A DNA stretch of 61,399 nucleotides, from contig JADFIT010000003.1 in assembly GCA_022566515.1 (NCBI GenBank), positions 1-61,399 on the forward strand. Direction: 5' to 3'. The translations under genes were made by a program, and so were the position numbers. Below the pieces are notes generated by a model. The model had not been told where the DNA came from and ran no database searches. It saw only the letters and a list, made by a program, of their open reading frames with translations. Every line of letters begins with the position of its first letter. The stretch's first letter is position 1. Below, one piece after another: positions 35,161-46,036 of the stretch. This DNA comes from Gemmatimonadota bacterium. Its GTDB lineage: Bacteria > Gemmatimonadota > Gemmatimonadetes > Gemmatimonadales > GWC2-71-9.

Positions 35161-36317
35161 CTGCCCATCAATCCCGCGGCCAGGTCCGCGACACGCCGCG
35201 AGGCACCCGGAGTGCCCAACCGCTCTCGGACCAAGGCGAACGCATCGCGTTGCCGGGATCCCTCCCGGCCGTCGGAGTCGAGGAGGACGAGAACGTGTCG
35301 CGCCAGCTGCTCGGCGGTCGCGGCTCCCTGTACGTACTCCGGAGCAACCTCACGACCTGCCACGAGGTTCACCAAACCGATGTGCGGGCACCGAACAACA
35401 CGCTTCGCGATGGCGTAGGAAATAGCATCCATTCGGTAGCAAATCACCATCGGTGTGTCGGCCAGGACGGCTTCGAGCGTGCTCGTACCGGATTTACATA
35501 TTGCCGCATTGGAGACCGCCATGACGGTGGGCGAATCGGCAGCCCACAGCCGGAACCCATCGCCACCGTGGTATTCCAGCCCCGGCACCGTCGCGACCAC
35601 TACTTCCACCTCAGGCACCGATTTGCAGACGAGGCGTGCGGCCTCCCGCAGAATCGGCCAGAGGCGCCGCACCTCCGTCTTTCTGCTCCCGGGGAACAGG
35701 CCCAACACGGGCGTGGACTCGCCCAAGCCCACAGCCTTCCGTGCCTCCTGTGCGGTGGGTCTCTTCCGGTCGAGCAGCGGATGGCCGACGAACGTAGTCC
35801 GTACACCGCGACGGGAAAAGAACTGCTCTTCAAACGGCAGGATGACGGCGAGATGGGCAACCGCCTCCCGAAGAACCGCAACCCTTCGTTCGCCCCACGC
35901 CCACATCTGAGGGGCGATGTAGTACAGCACCGGCACTCCATGCTTCGCTGCTGCCCTGGCCACCCGCAGGTGAAGGCCGGGATAATCCGTCAGCAACACC
36001 ATGTCGGTGTGCCCCCGGGCGAGTTCACGACGCATGGCAGACAGCAAGCGGACATGTGCGGGAAGCGTCCGTACCACCTGCGTAAAGCCAATGGTCGTCA
36101 GCGTTTCCATCCGTGTGGTCAGGCCGGCTCCTGCCGCCACCATCCTCGGGCCCCCCATGCCGGAAAACCGTGATTCGGGGAACCTGTCGCGCAACACAGA
36201 TATCACACCCGCCGCATGCAGATCGCCGGAAGGCTCTCCGGCCGACACCAAGATTCGTTTGGGCGAACGGCACGAGGAACTTGCGCTACGTGCCGTGCGT
36301 GCCTCTTCCACGAGCAT
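35157..36317 (-). CDS. lpxB: Lipid-A-disaccharide synthase LpxB
   Basis: ILVSAGEPSGDLHAA and YYIAPQMWAWGE, with a C-terminal GTSTLE. Confidence 0.92.
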   Translation of the reverse strand: MLVEEARTARSASSSCRSPKRILVSAGEPSGDLHAAGVISVLRDRFPESRFSGMGGPRMVAAGAGLTTRMETLTTIGFTQVVRTLPAHVRLLSAMRRELARGHTDMVLLTDYPGLHLRVARAAAKHGVPVLYYIAPQMWAWGERRVAVLREAVAHLAVILPFEEQFFSRRGVRTTFVGHPLLDRKRPTAQEARKAVGLGESTPVLGLFPGSRKTEVRRLWPILREAARLVCKSVPEVEVVVATVPGLEYHGGDGFRLWAADSPTVMAVSNAAICKSGTSTLEAVLADTPMVICYRMDAISYAIAKRVVRCPHIGLVNLVAGREVAPEYVQGAATAEQLARHVLVLLDSDGREGSRQRDAFALVRERLGTPGASRRVADLAAGLMGS

Positions 36318-37099
36318 CACACCATCACTCCCCGCTCTGAGGTAGCCAGGAAATCCAGCAGCTGCCCAACCTCAGGAATGTGACCGCTCCCATCTCGGAC
36401 TCGGTCAATCGCCTCACTACGCGGCAACGTGGAGTTGAACAACACTCGGTACGCACGCTGGATCGTCAGGCGCAGGTCGGCGTCGAAGCCGGCCCGTCTG
36501 AGCCCGACCGCGTTGATCCCGTAGAACCGTATCGGGTTGCCGGCCGTTCGTGCGAAGGGCGGGACATCTTGGGGAACTCTCGAGCCGCCTCCGATGAAGG
36601 CATGGGCACCGATTCTCACAAACTGGTGCACGGGAGTCAGCCCGCCGATCTGAGCAAAGGCTCCGATGTCGACGTGCCCCGCCAATTGGACCGCATTGGC
36701 AAGGATGACGCCCTCGCCGAGGCGACAGTCGTGGGCGATGTGGACGTAGCTCATGAGGTAGCAGCGCGGCCCTACGACCGTGCTTCCGGACGCCGACGTC
36801 CCCCGGTTGATGGTCACATATTCGCGGATATTGGTTTCCTCGCCGATCACCAGCTCGCTGACTTCCCCTCCCCCCTCATATTTCAAGTCTTGCGGATCGG
36901 TTCCGATCACGGCGCCGATCCCCACCGAGCACCCGGCACCCAGTGTCGTAGGACCATACACCGTAGCCCGTGTACCGATCGTCGTGCCTGCACCTACTAC
37001 CACTCCCCGACCTACAACCGCGAACGGTTCGACGACCACGTCGAGGCCGAGTTCCGCAGACGGATCGACTATGGCAGTCGGGTGTACGCGAGCGGTCAC
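36317..37099 (-). CDS. lpxA: Acyl-ACP--UDP-GlcNAc O-acyltransferase LpxA
   Basis: VHPTAIVDPSAELG, left-handed beta-helix hexapeptide repeats, and a C-terminal helical domain. Confidence 0.92.
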   Translation of the reverse strand: MTARVHPTAIVDPSAELGLDVVVEPFAVVGRGVVVGAGTTIGTRATVYGPTTLGAGCSVGIGAVIGTDPQDLKYEGGGEVSELVIGEETNIREYVTINRGTSASGSTVVGPRCYLMSYVHIAHDCRLGEGVILANAVQLAGHVDIGAFAQIGGLTPVHQFVRIGAHAFIGGGSRVPQDVPPFARTAGNPIRFYGINAVGLRRAGFDADLRLTIQRAYRVLFNSTLPRSEAIDRVRDGSGHIPEVGQLLDFLATSERGVMV

Positions 37100-37124
37100 A
37101 AAGGGATCATCCGTGTTGTCATTG

Positions 37125-37559
37125 TCATCGGTCCACGATCCCTGCCATCATTTCCGCTTCGGTCACCTTCTTGCCGTCCACAAACGCCTCGCCGCGCATC
37201 CTGCAGCGCTTGCCCTTGAACTCGAGCAATTCGACTTCGAGCCGAAGCTGATCTCCCGGCACAACGGGGCGCCGGAACTTGACTTTATCGATTGTCATGA
37301 AGTAGACCACTTTGTCCTGCGGGTTTTCCACGGCATCCATCATCAACATGCCACCCGCTTGAGCCATAGCCTCGACAATCAGCACTCCAGGCATGATGGG
37401 ATGCCCAGGGAAATGTCCCTGAAAGAACGGCTCATTGATGGTGACGTTCTTGATCCCGACGATTCGCTTACCTGGTTCGGATTCCACTATGCGATCCACC
37501 AACAGCATCGGAAATCGGTGGGGTAGCACGTCAAGGATTTTGGTGATGTCCATTTCCAT
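37125..37559 (-). CDS. fabZ: 3-hydroxyacyl-ACP dehydratase FabZ
   Basis: [24 protein letters not shown] and [26 protein letters not shown] 37559 overlaps the lpxC 3' end by 29 nt. The frame is open upstream to 37616. Confidence 0.88.
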   Translation of the reverse strand: MEMDITKILDVLPHRFPMLLVDRIVESEPGKRIVGIKNVTINEPFFQGHFPGHPIMPGVLIVEAMAQAGGMLMMDAVENPQDKVVYFMTIDKVKFRRPVVPGDQLRLEVELLEFKGKRCRMRGEAFVDGKKVTEAEMMAGIVDR

Positions 37560-38412
37560 AACGGCGTTCTCGCTTTCCACTCGAGCAGTGATGATGTATG
37601 GCGCGGGCAAACGCAATGTTGCCTCGGTGACTTGGCTGCGTGGCCTCTATTGTAGCATTGAACCTTCCACCCATGAGCGCGAGATCGCCGATCAAATCCA
37701 AGGCCTTATGGCGAACGAACTCATCATCCCATCTCAATTCAGTGTTGATCACGTCGGATTCCGACAGCACTATGGCACAACCCAAGTGGCCGCCGGCGAT
37801 CAATCCCCGATCGCGTAGCTCATCGATTTCGTGTAGAAAGCCGAAGGTCCTGGCCGAAGCCAGCTCTTTGCCAAACACCTCCGGCGACATCCGGTACGAG
37901 CCCTGCTGCCTTCCTATGAGGGGATGATCCCACTCCACCGTGACCGTCACGTTGCTCGGGCCCGGGCGCGCACGGTACTCCGCGTCGCCTTCGCGTGTGG
38001 TCACCGGCCGCAGCAAGGTGAGTGGTTCGACACGGCCTCCTACGACTACCGGACCGGCATCATGCAACGCGAAAAAAAACGGCGCCGCGCTCCCATCCAT
38101 AATCGGCACCTCGGGACCATCCACATCGATGTACAGATCGTCGATCTCGTGCCCCGCCACTGCCGCCAAGACATGCTCTACGGTGTCGATCGTCGCTCCA
38201 CCACCACCGAGCACCGTACGGCGTTCCATGGCACACACGGCTGTGAAATGCGCCGGAATCTCCGGCCTTTGAGGCAGATCGACCCGGCGGAACACGATAC
38301 CCTGTCCCACAGCGGCGGGCCGAAACGTGAGCGTGGTTTTGCTCCCGGTATGTAACCCCATCCCGCTGAGCGACGCCGGTTCGGCAATCGACCGTCTACC
38401 GCTGACCGTCAT
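37531..38412 (-). CDS. lpxC: UDP-3-O-acyl-GlcNAc deacetylase LpxC
   Basis: [25 protein letters not shown], and [13 protein letters not shown]. Confidence 0.92.
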   Translation of the reverse strand: MTVSGRRSIAEPASLSGMGLHTGSKTTLTFRPAAVGQGIVFRRVDLPQRPEIPAHFTAVCAMERRTVLGGGGATIDTVEHVLAAVAGHEIDDLYIDVDGPEVPIMDGSAAPFFFALHDAGPVVVGGRVEPLTLLRPVTTREGDAEYRARPGPSNVTVTVEWDHPLIGRQQGSYRMSPEVFGKELASARTFGFLHEIDELRDRGLIAGGHLGCAIVLSESDVINTELRWDDEFVRHKALDLIGDLALMGGRFNATIEATQPSHRGNIAFARAIHHHCSSGKRERRYGNGHHQNP

Positions 38413-39433
38413 GGGCGCTGGCCAGTTCTTCCAGCCGTCTGGAGAGAGGCGCGAGGCGTTTGAGCACTGCCTGGTGACGGAGCACTTCGCGATGATTGCG
38501 AGCTGGATATCCCGAGACTACCGAGCCGGGCGCGACATCCCCTATCACGCCGCTCTGAGCGGCAACACGAGCCTCCCTACCGACCGTGACGTGGTCCGCC
38601 AGGCCTGCCTGTCCAGCCAAGACCACGTCATCCTCCACTACAGAGCTGCCGGCTATCCCTACCTGCGCCATGATCAGACAGCGGCGTCCAATGCGAACGT
38701 GATGGGCCACTTGCACCAAGTTGTCTATCTTGGTGCCCGCCCCAATCACTGTGTCGTCGATCCCACCGCAGTCGATCGTGGTGTTGGACCCAATCTCTAC
38801 GTCGTCGCCGATCAGACATCCGGCGACGTGGGGAATTCTTTCGTGCCCCGAATCACTTCTCGCGTACCCAAACCCCGGCGTACCGATCCGGGCACCGGCG
38901 TGCAACACCACTCGATCTCCCAACGTCGCACTAGCCTCCACCACGGCATGGGCGTGAATCCGGCATTCGTCGCCGATTCTGACACCAGCGCCGATCACGA
39001 CATACGGCCCGAGCACGCAGTTCGCCCCCAGCCGAACGTCTCGACCGATGGTTGCACCGCCCGCCACGGCAATGCGCCCCCTCCACCGCACTCCCGCCCC
39101 CACCCTAGCGGTGTGATGAATGCCCCACACGGGCGATTCCGTCGGGGCCAAGGCGGATAACACCCGGATCAACGCGCGGCGCGGCGACTCGACGAGGATT
39201 CGTGTGGGAGGGCCTTCAGATTCGTTCGCGAAATCCGGCGGAACCAGCACGGCGCCAGCCCGCGACTGTCGAAACGCGGCGAGGAATCTGGCGGTAGCCA
39301 GAAGCGACAGATCGCCGGGTCCGGCCTTCTCCAGCGAGCAAACACCTGAGATCAGAGTGTCGCCGTCTCCGACTATCTTGCCGCCGGCGAGCTTGGCGAT
39401 CTCACCGGCGGTCAAACGGAACGACGCTTGCAC
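38396..39433 (-). CDS. lpxD: UDP-3-O-acylglucosamine N-acyltransferase LpxD
   Basis: N-terminal LpxD domain (LTAGEIAKLAGGKIVGDG) and long hexapeptide repeats. Confidence 0.92.
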   Translation of the reverse strand: MQASFRLTAGEIAKLAGGKIVGDGDTLISGVCSLEKAGPGDLSLLATARFLAAFRQSRAGAVLVPPDFANESEGPPTRILVESPRRALIRVLSALAPTESPVWGIHHTARVGAGVRWRGRIAVAGGATIGRDVRLGANCVLGPYVVIGAGVRIGDECRIHAHAVVEASATLGDRVVLHAGARIGTPGFGYARSDSGHERIPHVAGCLIGDDVEIGSNTTIDCGGIDDTVIGAGTKIDNLVQVAHHVRIGRRCLIMAQVGIAGSSVVEDDVVLAGQAGLADHVTVGREARVAAQSGVIGDVAPGSVVSGYPARNHREVLRHQAVLKRLAPLSRRLEELASAHDGQR

Positions 39434-39439
39434 GGCAGC

Positions 39440-39976
39440 TCAGTTCTGGGATTGTTGCAACCGCTGCACGACGATTGGTGTGAGGTCCAACTGCGGGTCC
39501 ACGGCCGCAATCCCTTGCATGGTGGAAACGTCGAAAATAATGCCGAGGTTGCGCTCGGCCCGAATACCCTCGATAACGGCCTGAACGCGCTGCTCCAGCG
39601 GGCTTACCAATTCGCGCTGACGCTCCGCCTGCCGATTCTGCAGGTCCTGAGCACGTTGCTCGAGCCTGGCTTCGAGCTGTTGGATTTCGGCCTGCTTTTC
39701 CTGGCGGCCCGTCGGAGTGAGGACGATCGATGCGCGCTCATATGCGGCAAGGAGTGAATCGCGCTGCTGCCACATCGCCTCCAGATCGTCTTGCGCTGCC
39801 TTGAACTCCGCCTCGAACGTGACGAGCGCCTCTTGGTAGCCCGGTGTTTGCCTCATGATAACCTGCAGATTTACGATGCCTACTGCCTGCCCCGCTTGTC
39901 GAGCAGTGGCAGCCACGCCTACCACCACGATTACCACCAGTGCGGCGGGCACCCACCGCGATATGAGTCGATCCAT
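39440..39976 (-). CDS. OmpH/Skp-family periplasmic chaperone
   Basis: ATG 39976 gives MDRLISRWVPAALVVIVVVGVAA. Gln/Glu-rich coiled coil. It lies between bamA and lpxD. Confidence 0.82.
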   Translation of the reverse strand: MDRLISRWVPAALVVIVVVGVAATARQAGQAVGIVNLQVIMRQTPGYQEALVTFEAEFKAAQDDLEAMWQQRDSLLAAYERASIVLTPTGRQEKQAEIQQLEARLEQRAQDLQNRQAERQRELVSPLEQRVQAVIEGIRAERNLGIIFDVSTMQGIAAVDPQLDLTPIVVQRLQQSQN

Positions 39977-40009
39977 GTTCCTCTGCCTTGCTCTCAAGCG
40001 CAATTCATT

Positions 40010-42406
40010 CTAGAAAAAGTTGCCTAGCTTGAAGTGGAGCTGCCAGCCCGGATCCGGATCTCCTGCCAAGTCTAGGCGATCGAAGCCGTACGCATAGTCG
40101 AGACCGATCGGTCCGAGAGGGGAGACGACACTCACACCCAGGCCGGCTCCGCGGAACAGCCGCGTTGGATTGTACTGCCCTGCGGTCGCCCAAACGTTTC
40201 CCGCATCCAGGAACGTGTTCAAGTAAAGCATCTGGCTCAAGCGCAACCCGATTTCACCCGTGAACGCGGCATACGACGCGCCGAACGCGTTTACTCCACT
40301 TGCCCGCGATCCACTGGCAGTCGGATCGAAGCCGTTGGGGGTGATGGAGAATTCGTCATATCCCCGAAGTGGAATGCCGAATTGTGTTCCACCCATCGAA
40401 AAGAGTTGCCGAAAGTGCGGCCCTGCATCTCCCCACACGAAGCCGGTCTTCGCGGTGAACCCCAACAGGAACTGCATGCCGCCGAGCCCCAGCTGCAAAT
40501 CGGCCTGGCTCAGTGGCGCGTACCAGCGACCCTCGAAAGTGGCCCGTCGGAAATTGCCGCTCCCCCCCAGGGGACCGCCGTTTTGCGATAACGCGAACTG
40601 ATGCATCGTCCCGCCGGTGGCGAACGGCAAACCCACGCGTGTATCACGGACGACGGAAATGCTCGCGCTCGAAAGCACGCAGTTACTGCAACGGAACACC
40701 GACAACAGAGCCTGGGGGGAATCGAAGTCGCTCTGCTCCAGCAGATACGAACCCAACACGCGGGTGAAGCGGGATCCAAAGAGTGGAAAGCCAAGTTGAA
40801 CACTTCCGCCCCGAGTCGTTATCCGCCCCAAGTCGGCGATTGTGAACCGTTGCCGCGTGTTGTGCAATCTCAGGCTCCCCGAAATCAAGCTGCCGCGGAT
40901 GGCCGGATCGGTATACGTGACGCTGAAATCGCTCAGATTGCTCCCGAACTGTAGCTGAAACTTGATGCGCTTTCCTTTCCCAAACAAATTGGGCTCTTCC
41001 ATTCCAATGAAACCGCCTACGCCAGTTCCCTGACCAACCGAAGCACCGAAGTTCACATTGCCGGTGCGCCGCTCCTTTACCGTGAAGATGACGTCCACGT
41101 CGCCCTGTTGATTGGCGGGCTCGGTGAAGGGCACCGGCAGTGGCTGCTCGAAGAATCCTAGGTTGGAGATACTCTGATAGGACCGAATCAACATGCTGCG
41201 GCGGAACACGTCTCCCGGAACCATGAAGATCGCCCGCCGGATCACGTCCTCGTGCGTGATCGTGTTCCCGACAATCTTGATCCGACTCACAATTGCCGGT
41301 GCTCCTTCTCGAATCTGCCAGCGGAGGTCTACCACCCTGGAGCCGTCGGTCCTCGTACGACGTGACACAACGTCCTGAACCTGAGCACGAATGTAGCCGT
41401 TGTCCCAATACAGGCTGTGCACTTCCCCAGTCGCGGCCGCCCACTCCCCCATATCGAACGCACCCTCGTCTTTACCTCCCCCAAGACCGAGCAATCCTCC
41501 ACTACCACGATCTTCCCCGAAGGGATAGAACTGCGCCAGTTGCTCTCTGGTGAACTCCCTGTTGCCTAATATCTCGAACGTGCCGATACCGTATTGTTCG
41601 CCTTCGTCGACCGAGACAATGATCGTCCCCTTGCCGGTCCCTTCATTAACGACCAGTGTATCACGAAGCACCTGGAAGTCGATGTAGCCGTGTGACGCAT
41701 AGAACGCAGGCAAGCGTTCGCGGACATCGCGCAGCAACTCCTGCTCGTCGTATTCCCCTTTCTTGAACCAAAGAAACCCTTCGGGGCGCGTATTCATATG
41801 CTTCACTATCTCGCCGGCCTCAAACGCCTCATTCCCTTCTATGATGACACGGCTCACGGCGACGCGACTTCCCTCTTTGACGCTGAACACCACGTTCACT
41901 CGGCCGTCATCCTGGGGCAGAACCCGGGATTCGATGCGGGTCTGGTAATACCCTTCCTTCTTATACAGGGAGTCGATGGCTGATACAGCCACGCTTACAT
42001 CTGCCGGATTGAAAGGCCGGCCTGCCAGGAGTCGAACCTTGCCGCGCACCGAACGCTCCGGCAACTTCGACGTTCCTTCCACATCCCACCGCCCGAGGAT
42101 CGCACGCTCGACCACCTCGAACAGGAGCACCTCCTTGCCCTCGATCGTGGCCTGGAGCACTTTGACGTCGGCGTATTGACCCGTGGCATAGAGGGCCTCA
42201 ACGGCACGCTGCACATCGAGGAAACCCACGGGCTGACCCAGCGCAATGTTGATGCGACTGATTACCGCAGCTCGACCTGATCGGTCGGCTCCGCGCACCG
42301 CTATGCTGTCGATCACCGATGTCTGGTCGCGCTGCTGGGCCTGCACATTCCCAGCAGCGATTCCAAAGACGGCGGTCAAGAGGAGTATCTTACCGAGCTT
42401 CGCCAT
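40010..42406 (-). CDS. bamA: Outer-membrane protein assembly factor BamA
   Basis: Signal peptide, POTRA repeats, and a 16-strand barrel ending ...HFKLGNFF. Confidence 0.93.
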   Translation of the reverse strand: MAKLGKILLLTAVFGIAAGNVQAQQRDQTSVIDSIAVRGADRSGRAAVISRINIALGQPVGFLDVQRAVEALYATGQYADVKVLQATIEGKEVLLFEVVERAILGRWDVEGTSKLPERSVRGKVRLLAGRPFNPADVSVAVSAIDSLYKKEGYYQTRIESRVLPQDDGRVNVVFSVKEGSRVAVSRVIIEGNEAFEAGEIVKHMNTRPEGFLWFKKGEYDEQELLRDVRERLPAFYASHGYIDFQVLRDTLVVNEGTGKGTIIVSVDEGEQYGIGTFEILGNREFTREQLAQFYPFGEDRGSGGLLGLGGGKDEGAFDMGEWAAATGEVHSLYWDNGYIRAQVQDVVSRRTRTDGSRVVDLRWQIREGAPAIVSRIKIVGNTITHEDVIRRAIFMVPGDVFRRSMLIRSYQSISNLGFFEQPLPVPFTEPANQQGDVDVIFTVKERRTGNVNFGASVGQGTGVGGFIGMEEPNLFGKGKRIKFQLQFGSNLSDFSVTYTDPAIRGSLISGSLRLHNTRQRFTIADLGRITTRGGSVQLGFPLFGSRFTRVLGSYLLEQSDFDSPQALLSVFRCSNCVLSSASISVVRDTRVGLPFATGGTMHQFALSQNGGPLGGSGNFRRATFEGRWYAPLSQADLQLGLGGMQFLLGFTAKTGFVWGDAGPHFRQLFSMGGTQFGIPLRGYDEFSITPNGFDPTASGSRASGVNAFGASYAAFTGEIGLRLSQMLYLNTFLDAGNVWATAGQYNPTRLFRGAGLGVSVVSPLGPIGLDYAYGFDRLDLAGDPDPGWQLHFKLGNFF

Positions 42407-42414
42407 ATCTCCGC

Positions 42415-44892
42415 CTACGTGCTCTTGCTGCCTGTCAACGCCTGAAAGACGAGCTTCTCACCATCCTCGCTGACGTCGACTTGGATCTCTTCTCCGGGCG
42501 AAAACTCACCCCTCAGAATCTTGTCGGAGAGCGGGTCCTCCACGTACCGCTGGATAGCTCGTCTCAGCGGCCGGGCCCCAAAGCTCTCATCATACCCGTG
42601 CTCCACTAGGAACTTCGTCGCCGCGTCGGTCCGCACTATCTGGAACCCCTCGTCTGCCACGCGGGCTTGCACCTCAGCGAACATGATCTCCACGATCTTG
42701 GCGATGTGATCGCGCGAAAGTGGATGGAATACGATCGTATCATCGACCCTGTTCAAGAACTCCGGGTTGAACACGCGGCTGATTTCGTCCTTCACCTTTT
42801 CCGACATCCGCTCAAAACTGGTTTGCTCGTCGGGTGGCGCAAAACCAAGCGCCTTCCCCTTGGCAATATCTCGAGCACCGATATTGGATGTCATGATGAC
42901 CACCGTATTCTTGAAATCGATGACCCGCCCGTAATTATCGGTCAGGTGTCCTTCGTCAAGCACCTGAAGCAGGATGTTGAACACATCCGGGTGTGCCTTT
43001 TCGATTTCGTCCAGCAAAACGACCGAATACGGCTTCCGCCGGACCGCCTTCGTGAGCGTACCCGAATCCTCGTAACCCACATACCCGGGAGGCGCGCCAA
43101 TCAGCCGGCTTACGCTGAACTTCTCCATGTACTCTGACATGTCGACGCGAATCAGCGCCTTCTCGTCAGCAAAGAGGAACCGGGCCAGCGCTCGGGCCAA
43201 CTCAGTCTTGCCGACGCCGGTCGGGCCGCTGAAGATGAAGCATCCTATCGGACGGTTCGGGTCCTTGAGACCGGCCCGCGAACGGCGAATCGCACGTGAG
43301 ATGGCTTCAATGGCGTGATCCTGCCCGACCACCACCTTGTGCAGCTCTTCCTCCATCCGCAGCAGGCGTTTCGTTTCCGCCTCCTGCAGCCTCGTGACCG
43401 GAATTCCCGTCCAGCGCGACACGATGAACGCAACCTCATCTTCGGAGATCGTGGGCCTATGTGTCTGGCGCTCCTTCTCCCACTCTTCCTGCCGCTTACG
43501 AATATCTGCCTGCAACTCGCGCTCTTGATCACGCAGCGCCGCCGCTTTTTCAAAATTCTGATCGCGAACGGCTTCTTCCTTTTCGCGGTTGATTCCCTCC
43601 AACTCCTCCTTCAACCGCCCGACCTCTGGTGGCGGCACTTGAGCGGCCAACCGGGCGCGCGCTCCGGCCTCGTCGATAACATCGATGGCCTTGTCCGGGA
43701 GAAACCGGTCGGTTATGTAGCGCTCCGAGAGCTTGGCCGCCCCGTCGAGAGTGGCATCGGGAATCACGATACGATGGTGATCCTCATATCGCTGCCGCAG
43801 GCCCTTGAGAATCTCTATCGTCTCTTCGACCGTTGGCGGCTCCACGATCACCGTCTGGAACCTACGTTCCAGCGCAGCGTCTTTTTCTATGTACTTGCGG
43901 TATTCGTTCAGAGTCGAGGCGCCAACACACTGCAGCTCGCCACGGGCCAGCGCCGGCTTCAGCATGTTGGATGCGTCTATGGCACCCTCGGCGGCACCCG
44001 CACCAACGAGCGTGTGAAGCTCGTCAATGAAAAGGATCACGTTCTTGTTCTGAGCGATCTCGTTCATGACCGCCTTCAGCCGCTCTTCGAACTGCCCGCG
44101 GTATTTCGTGCCGGCGATCACCGCCGCCATGTCGAGAGCGAGAACGCGGTGGCGCCGCAGGGCCTCCGGACCGTTGCCCGAGGCAATGAGTTGAGCCAGA
44201 CCCTCAACGATAGCCGTCTTGCCCACTCCGGCCTCGCCGATTAGCACCGGATTGTTCTTCTTGCGCCGCGAGAGCACCTCTATCACGCGTTCGATCTCAC
44301 GCTCCCTCCCAATCGTGGGATCTAGTTGCCCTTCTCCGGCCAGGGCCGTCAGGTCCCGGCAGAAGTGATCCAGCGCAGGCGTCTTAGACTTCTTCTCGGA
44401 GCGGGGAACCGCCTGGGCTTGGCTCCCACCCTTCAGCCCCGACGGCATGTCACTACCCAGCAGTCGCAGAGTCTCGGCCCGCGCCTGCTCCAGGTTGACC
44501 CCTGCGTCGGTCAGAACCTGAGCCGCAATCCCCTTCTCCTCCCGCAGCAGGCCGAGGAGCAGGTGTTCGGTACCGACGTAGGAATGATTCAGCTCCCGGG
44601 CCTCACTCATCGCAAGCTCCAATACCTTCTTGGCTCGCGAGGTATACGGGAGATCGGGACCCGACGAGGCCGGCGCCTTCCCCTTCTTGACCGTCTCCTC
44701 GATCCTTTGCTGGATCTCGTCCAGGTCCACATTCAGGTTGGTGAGCACTGCGGCCGCCACACCCTCCCCTTCGCGTATCAACCCGAGGAGAATGTGCTCC
44801 GTACCAACGTATTCGTGGTGCAGACGGGCGGCTTCTTCTCGCGCCATCTGCAGAACCTTGCGAACTCGGTCGGTGAAGTTGTAACCGTTCAT
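42415..44892 (-). CDS. clpC: ATP-dependent Clp chaperone ClpC (Clp_N, two AAA+ modules, UVR linker)
   Basis: [26 protein letters not shown]. Walker A motifs GEAGVGKT and GPTGVGKT. Confidence 0.93.
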   Translation of the reverse strand: MNGYNFTDRVRKVLQMAREEAARLHHEYVGTEHILLGLIREGEGVAAAVLTNLNVDLDEIQQRIEETVKKGKAPASSGPDLPYTSRAKKVLELAMSEARELNHSYVGTEHLLLGLLREEKGIAAQVLTDAGVNLEQARAETLRLLGSDMPSGLKGGSQAQAVPRSEKKSKTPALDHFCRDLTALAGEGQLDPTIGREREIERVIEVLSRRKKNNPVLIGEAGVGKTAIVEGLAQLIASGNGPEALRRHRVLALDMAAVIAGTKYRGQFEERLKAVMNEIAQNKNVILFIDELHTLVGAGAAEGAIDASNMLKPALARGELQCVGASTLNEYRKYIEKDAALERRFQTVIVEPPTVEETIEILKGLRQRYEDHHRIVIPDATLDGAAKLSERYITDRFLPDKAIDVIDEAGARARLAAQVPPPEVGRLKEELEGINREKEEAVRDQNFEKAAALRDQERELQADIRKRQEEWEKERQTHRPTISEDEVAFIVSRWTGIPVTRLQEAETKRLLRMEEELHKVVVGQDHAIEAISRAIRRSRAGLKDPNRPIGCFIFSGPTGVGKTELARALARFLFADEKALIRVDMSEYMEKFSVSRLIGAPPGYVGYEDSGTLTKAVRRKPYSVVLLDEIEKAHPDVFNILLQVLDEGHLTDNYGRVIDFKNTVVIMTSNIGARDIAKGKALGFAPPDEQTSFERMSEKVKDEISRVFNPEFLNRVDDTIVFHPLSRDHIAKIVEIMFAEVQARVADEGFQIVRTDAATKFLVEHGYDESFGARPLRRAIQRYVEDPLSDKILRGEFSPGEEIQVDVSEDGEKLVFQALTGSKST

Positions 44893-44956
44893 TCAATTAG
44901 CCGTGTTATCGTAACGCAGATGATGAATCCTATCGGGTAATAGACGAAGCGGCCCG

Positions 44957-46036
44957 TCAGCGGGTCGCTTCCTCCTCGAGCAGTTGCCGGGTATAGGCGG
45001 CACGCACCACCGCCAGCTCCGAATCGCCCAATTCCCGCCCCTCGCTCATGGCCAGATGGGCCGGCTGGGCAAAAATCAACAGCTTGTTCAATGTGTATAC
45101 ACTGATATCCGAGATGAGGTTCAGTCCGACCCCTAGGCGCACGCCGCTCAGCAAGTTCATCGTCTCCTCGAACGAGAGGCTGCGAGCATATTTCAACAGA
45201 CCGTAGGCACGCCAAACCTTGTCGGCAATCACCGTGGGGGCGTCCCGTTGGAGCACGTGTCGGGCCTGCTGCTCATACTCGATCACCTTCCGCACCATGT
45301 CACCCAGATGTTCGAGTAGCTCACCCTCCGACTTCCCCAGCGTCGTCTGATTCGAGAGCTGGAAGAAGTTGCCGACTACCTCGCTACCCTCCCCGTAGAG
45401 CCCTCGAAACGTGAGTCCCACCTGGGACAGACCCTGAAGCACCTTCGCGATCTCCTTCGTGAGCACGAGGCCGGGAAGGTGGATCAAGACGGAAGCCCGT
45501 AACCCCGTTCCAGCATTGGTCGGGCATGAGGTAAGATAACCGAACTCTTCATGGAACGCGAAGGCCAGCTGAGCCCCCATATCCGCGTCGAGACGCTCGA
45601 GATCGGAGTATGCCTCCTCCAACGAAAACCCGGATTTCAGACATTGCAACCGGACGTGATCCTCCTCGTTGACCATCATTCCGACGGACCCGTCGGTGAG
45701 GAGGGCCGCGGCCGTACGCACTTTACCGTCGTCGCCGAGTTCCGCCAGTTCCCGGGAGATCAGGTGACGCTCATGCAGCAGCTGGCGTTCATTAGCCTGC
45801 AGGTGGTCGATTCGGATGAGCGGTGCGTCGTGCAGCTGTCTCGATGCCCGACTCGCCCGCTCCACCTGGTCGAGTACCACCTGGTTGTCCTCTGACCCGG
45901 AACGGACGGTGAAAGGCTGGTCGTCGAGGTTCCGCGCCAGACGTACACGAGTCGACAGGACGATGTTCCCATCTGGACCGCTGGCGTCCAGCCAAGACAT
46001 GCCACCGTCCGGCACGAGATTGATATCGAAAGTCAT
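44957..46036 (-). CDS. mcsB: Protein arginine kinase McsB
   Basis: Guanido phosphotransferase motifs LSTRVRLARNL and CPTNAGTGLRASVLIHLPGL. ATGA overlap with mcsA. Confidence 0.9.
   Translation of the reverse strand: MTFDINLVPDGGMSWLDASGPDGNIVLSTRVRLARNLDDQPFTVRSGSEDNQVVLDQVERASRASRQLHDAPLIRIDHLQANERQLLHERHLISRELAELGDDGKVRTAAALLTDGSVGMMVNEEDHVRLQCLKSGFSLEEAYSDLERLDADMGAQLAFAFHEEFGYLTSCPTNAGTGLRASVLIHLPGLVLTKEIAKVLQGLSQVGLTFRGLYGEGSEVVGNFFQLSNQTTLGKSEGELLEHLGDMVRKVIEYEQQARHVLQRDAPTVIADKVWRAYGLLKYARSLSFEETMNLLSGVRLGVGLNLISDISVYTLNKLLIFAQPAHLAMSEGRELGDSELAVVRAAYTRQLLEEEATR

Noticed and set aside
33578-36173. 318-aa and 428-aa plus-strand ORFs (33578..34534, 34887..36173)
   Set aside because: They are antisense to lpxK, the acyltransferase gene and lpxB. 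Their composition is Arg/Pro/His-rich shadow-frame sequence.
38327-39160. 277-aa plus-strand ORF
   Set aside because: It is antisense to lpxD. Hexapeptide-repeat genes commonly leave long open antisense frames.
43315-44244. 309-aa plus-strand ORF
   Set aside because: It is antisense to clpC.
44893-44956. CtsR operator or CIRCE element upstream of clpC/mcsA
   Set aside because: No GGTCAAA direct repeat or TTAGCACTC-N9-GAGTGCTAA palindrome is present.
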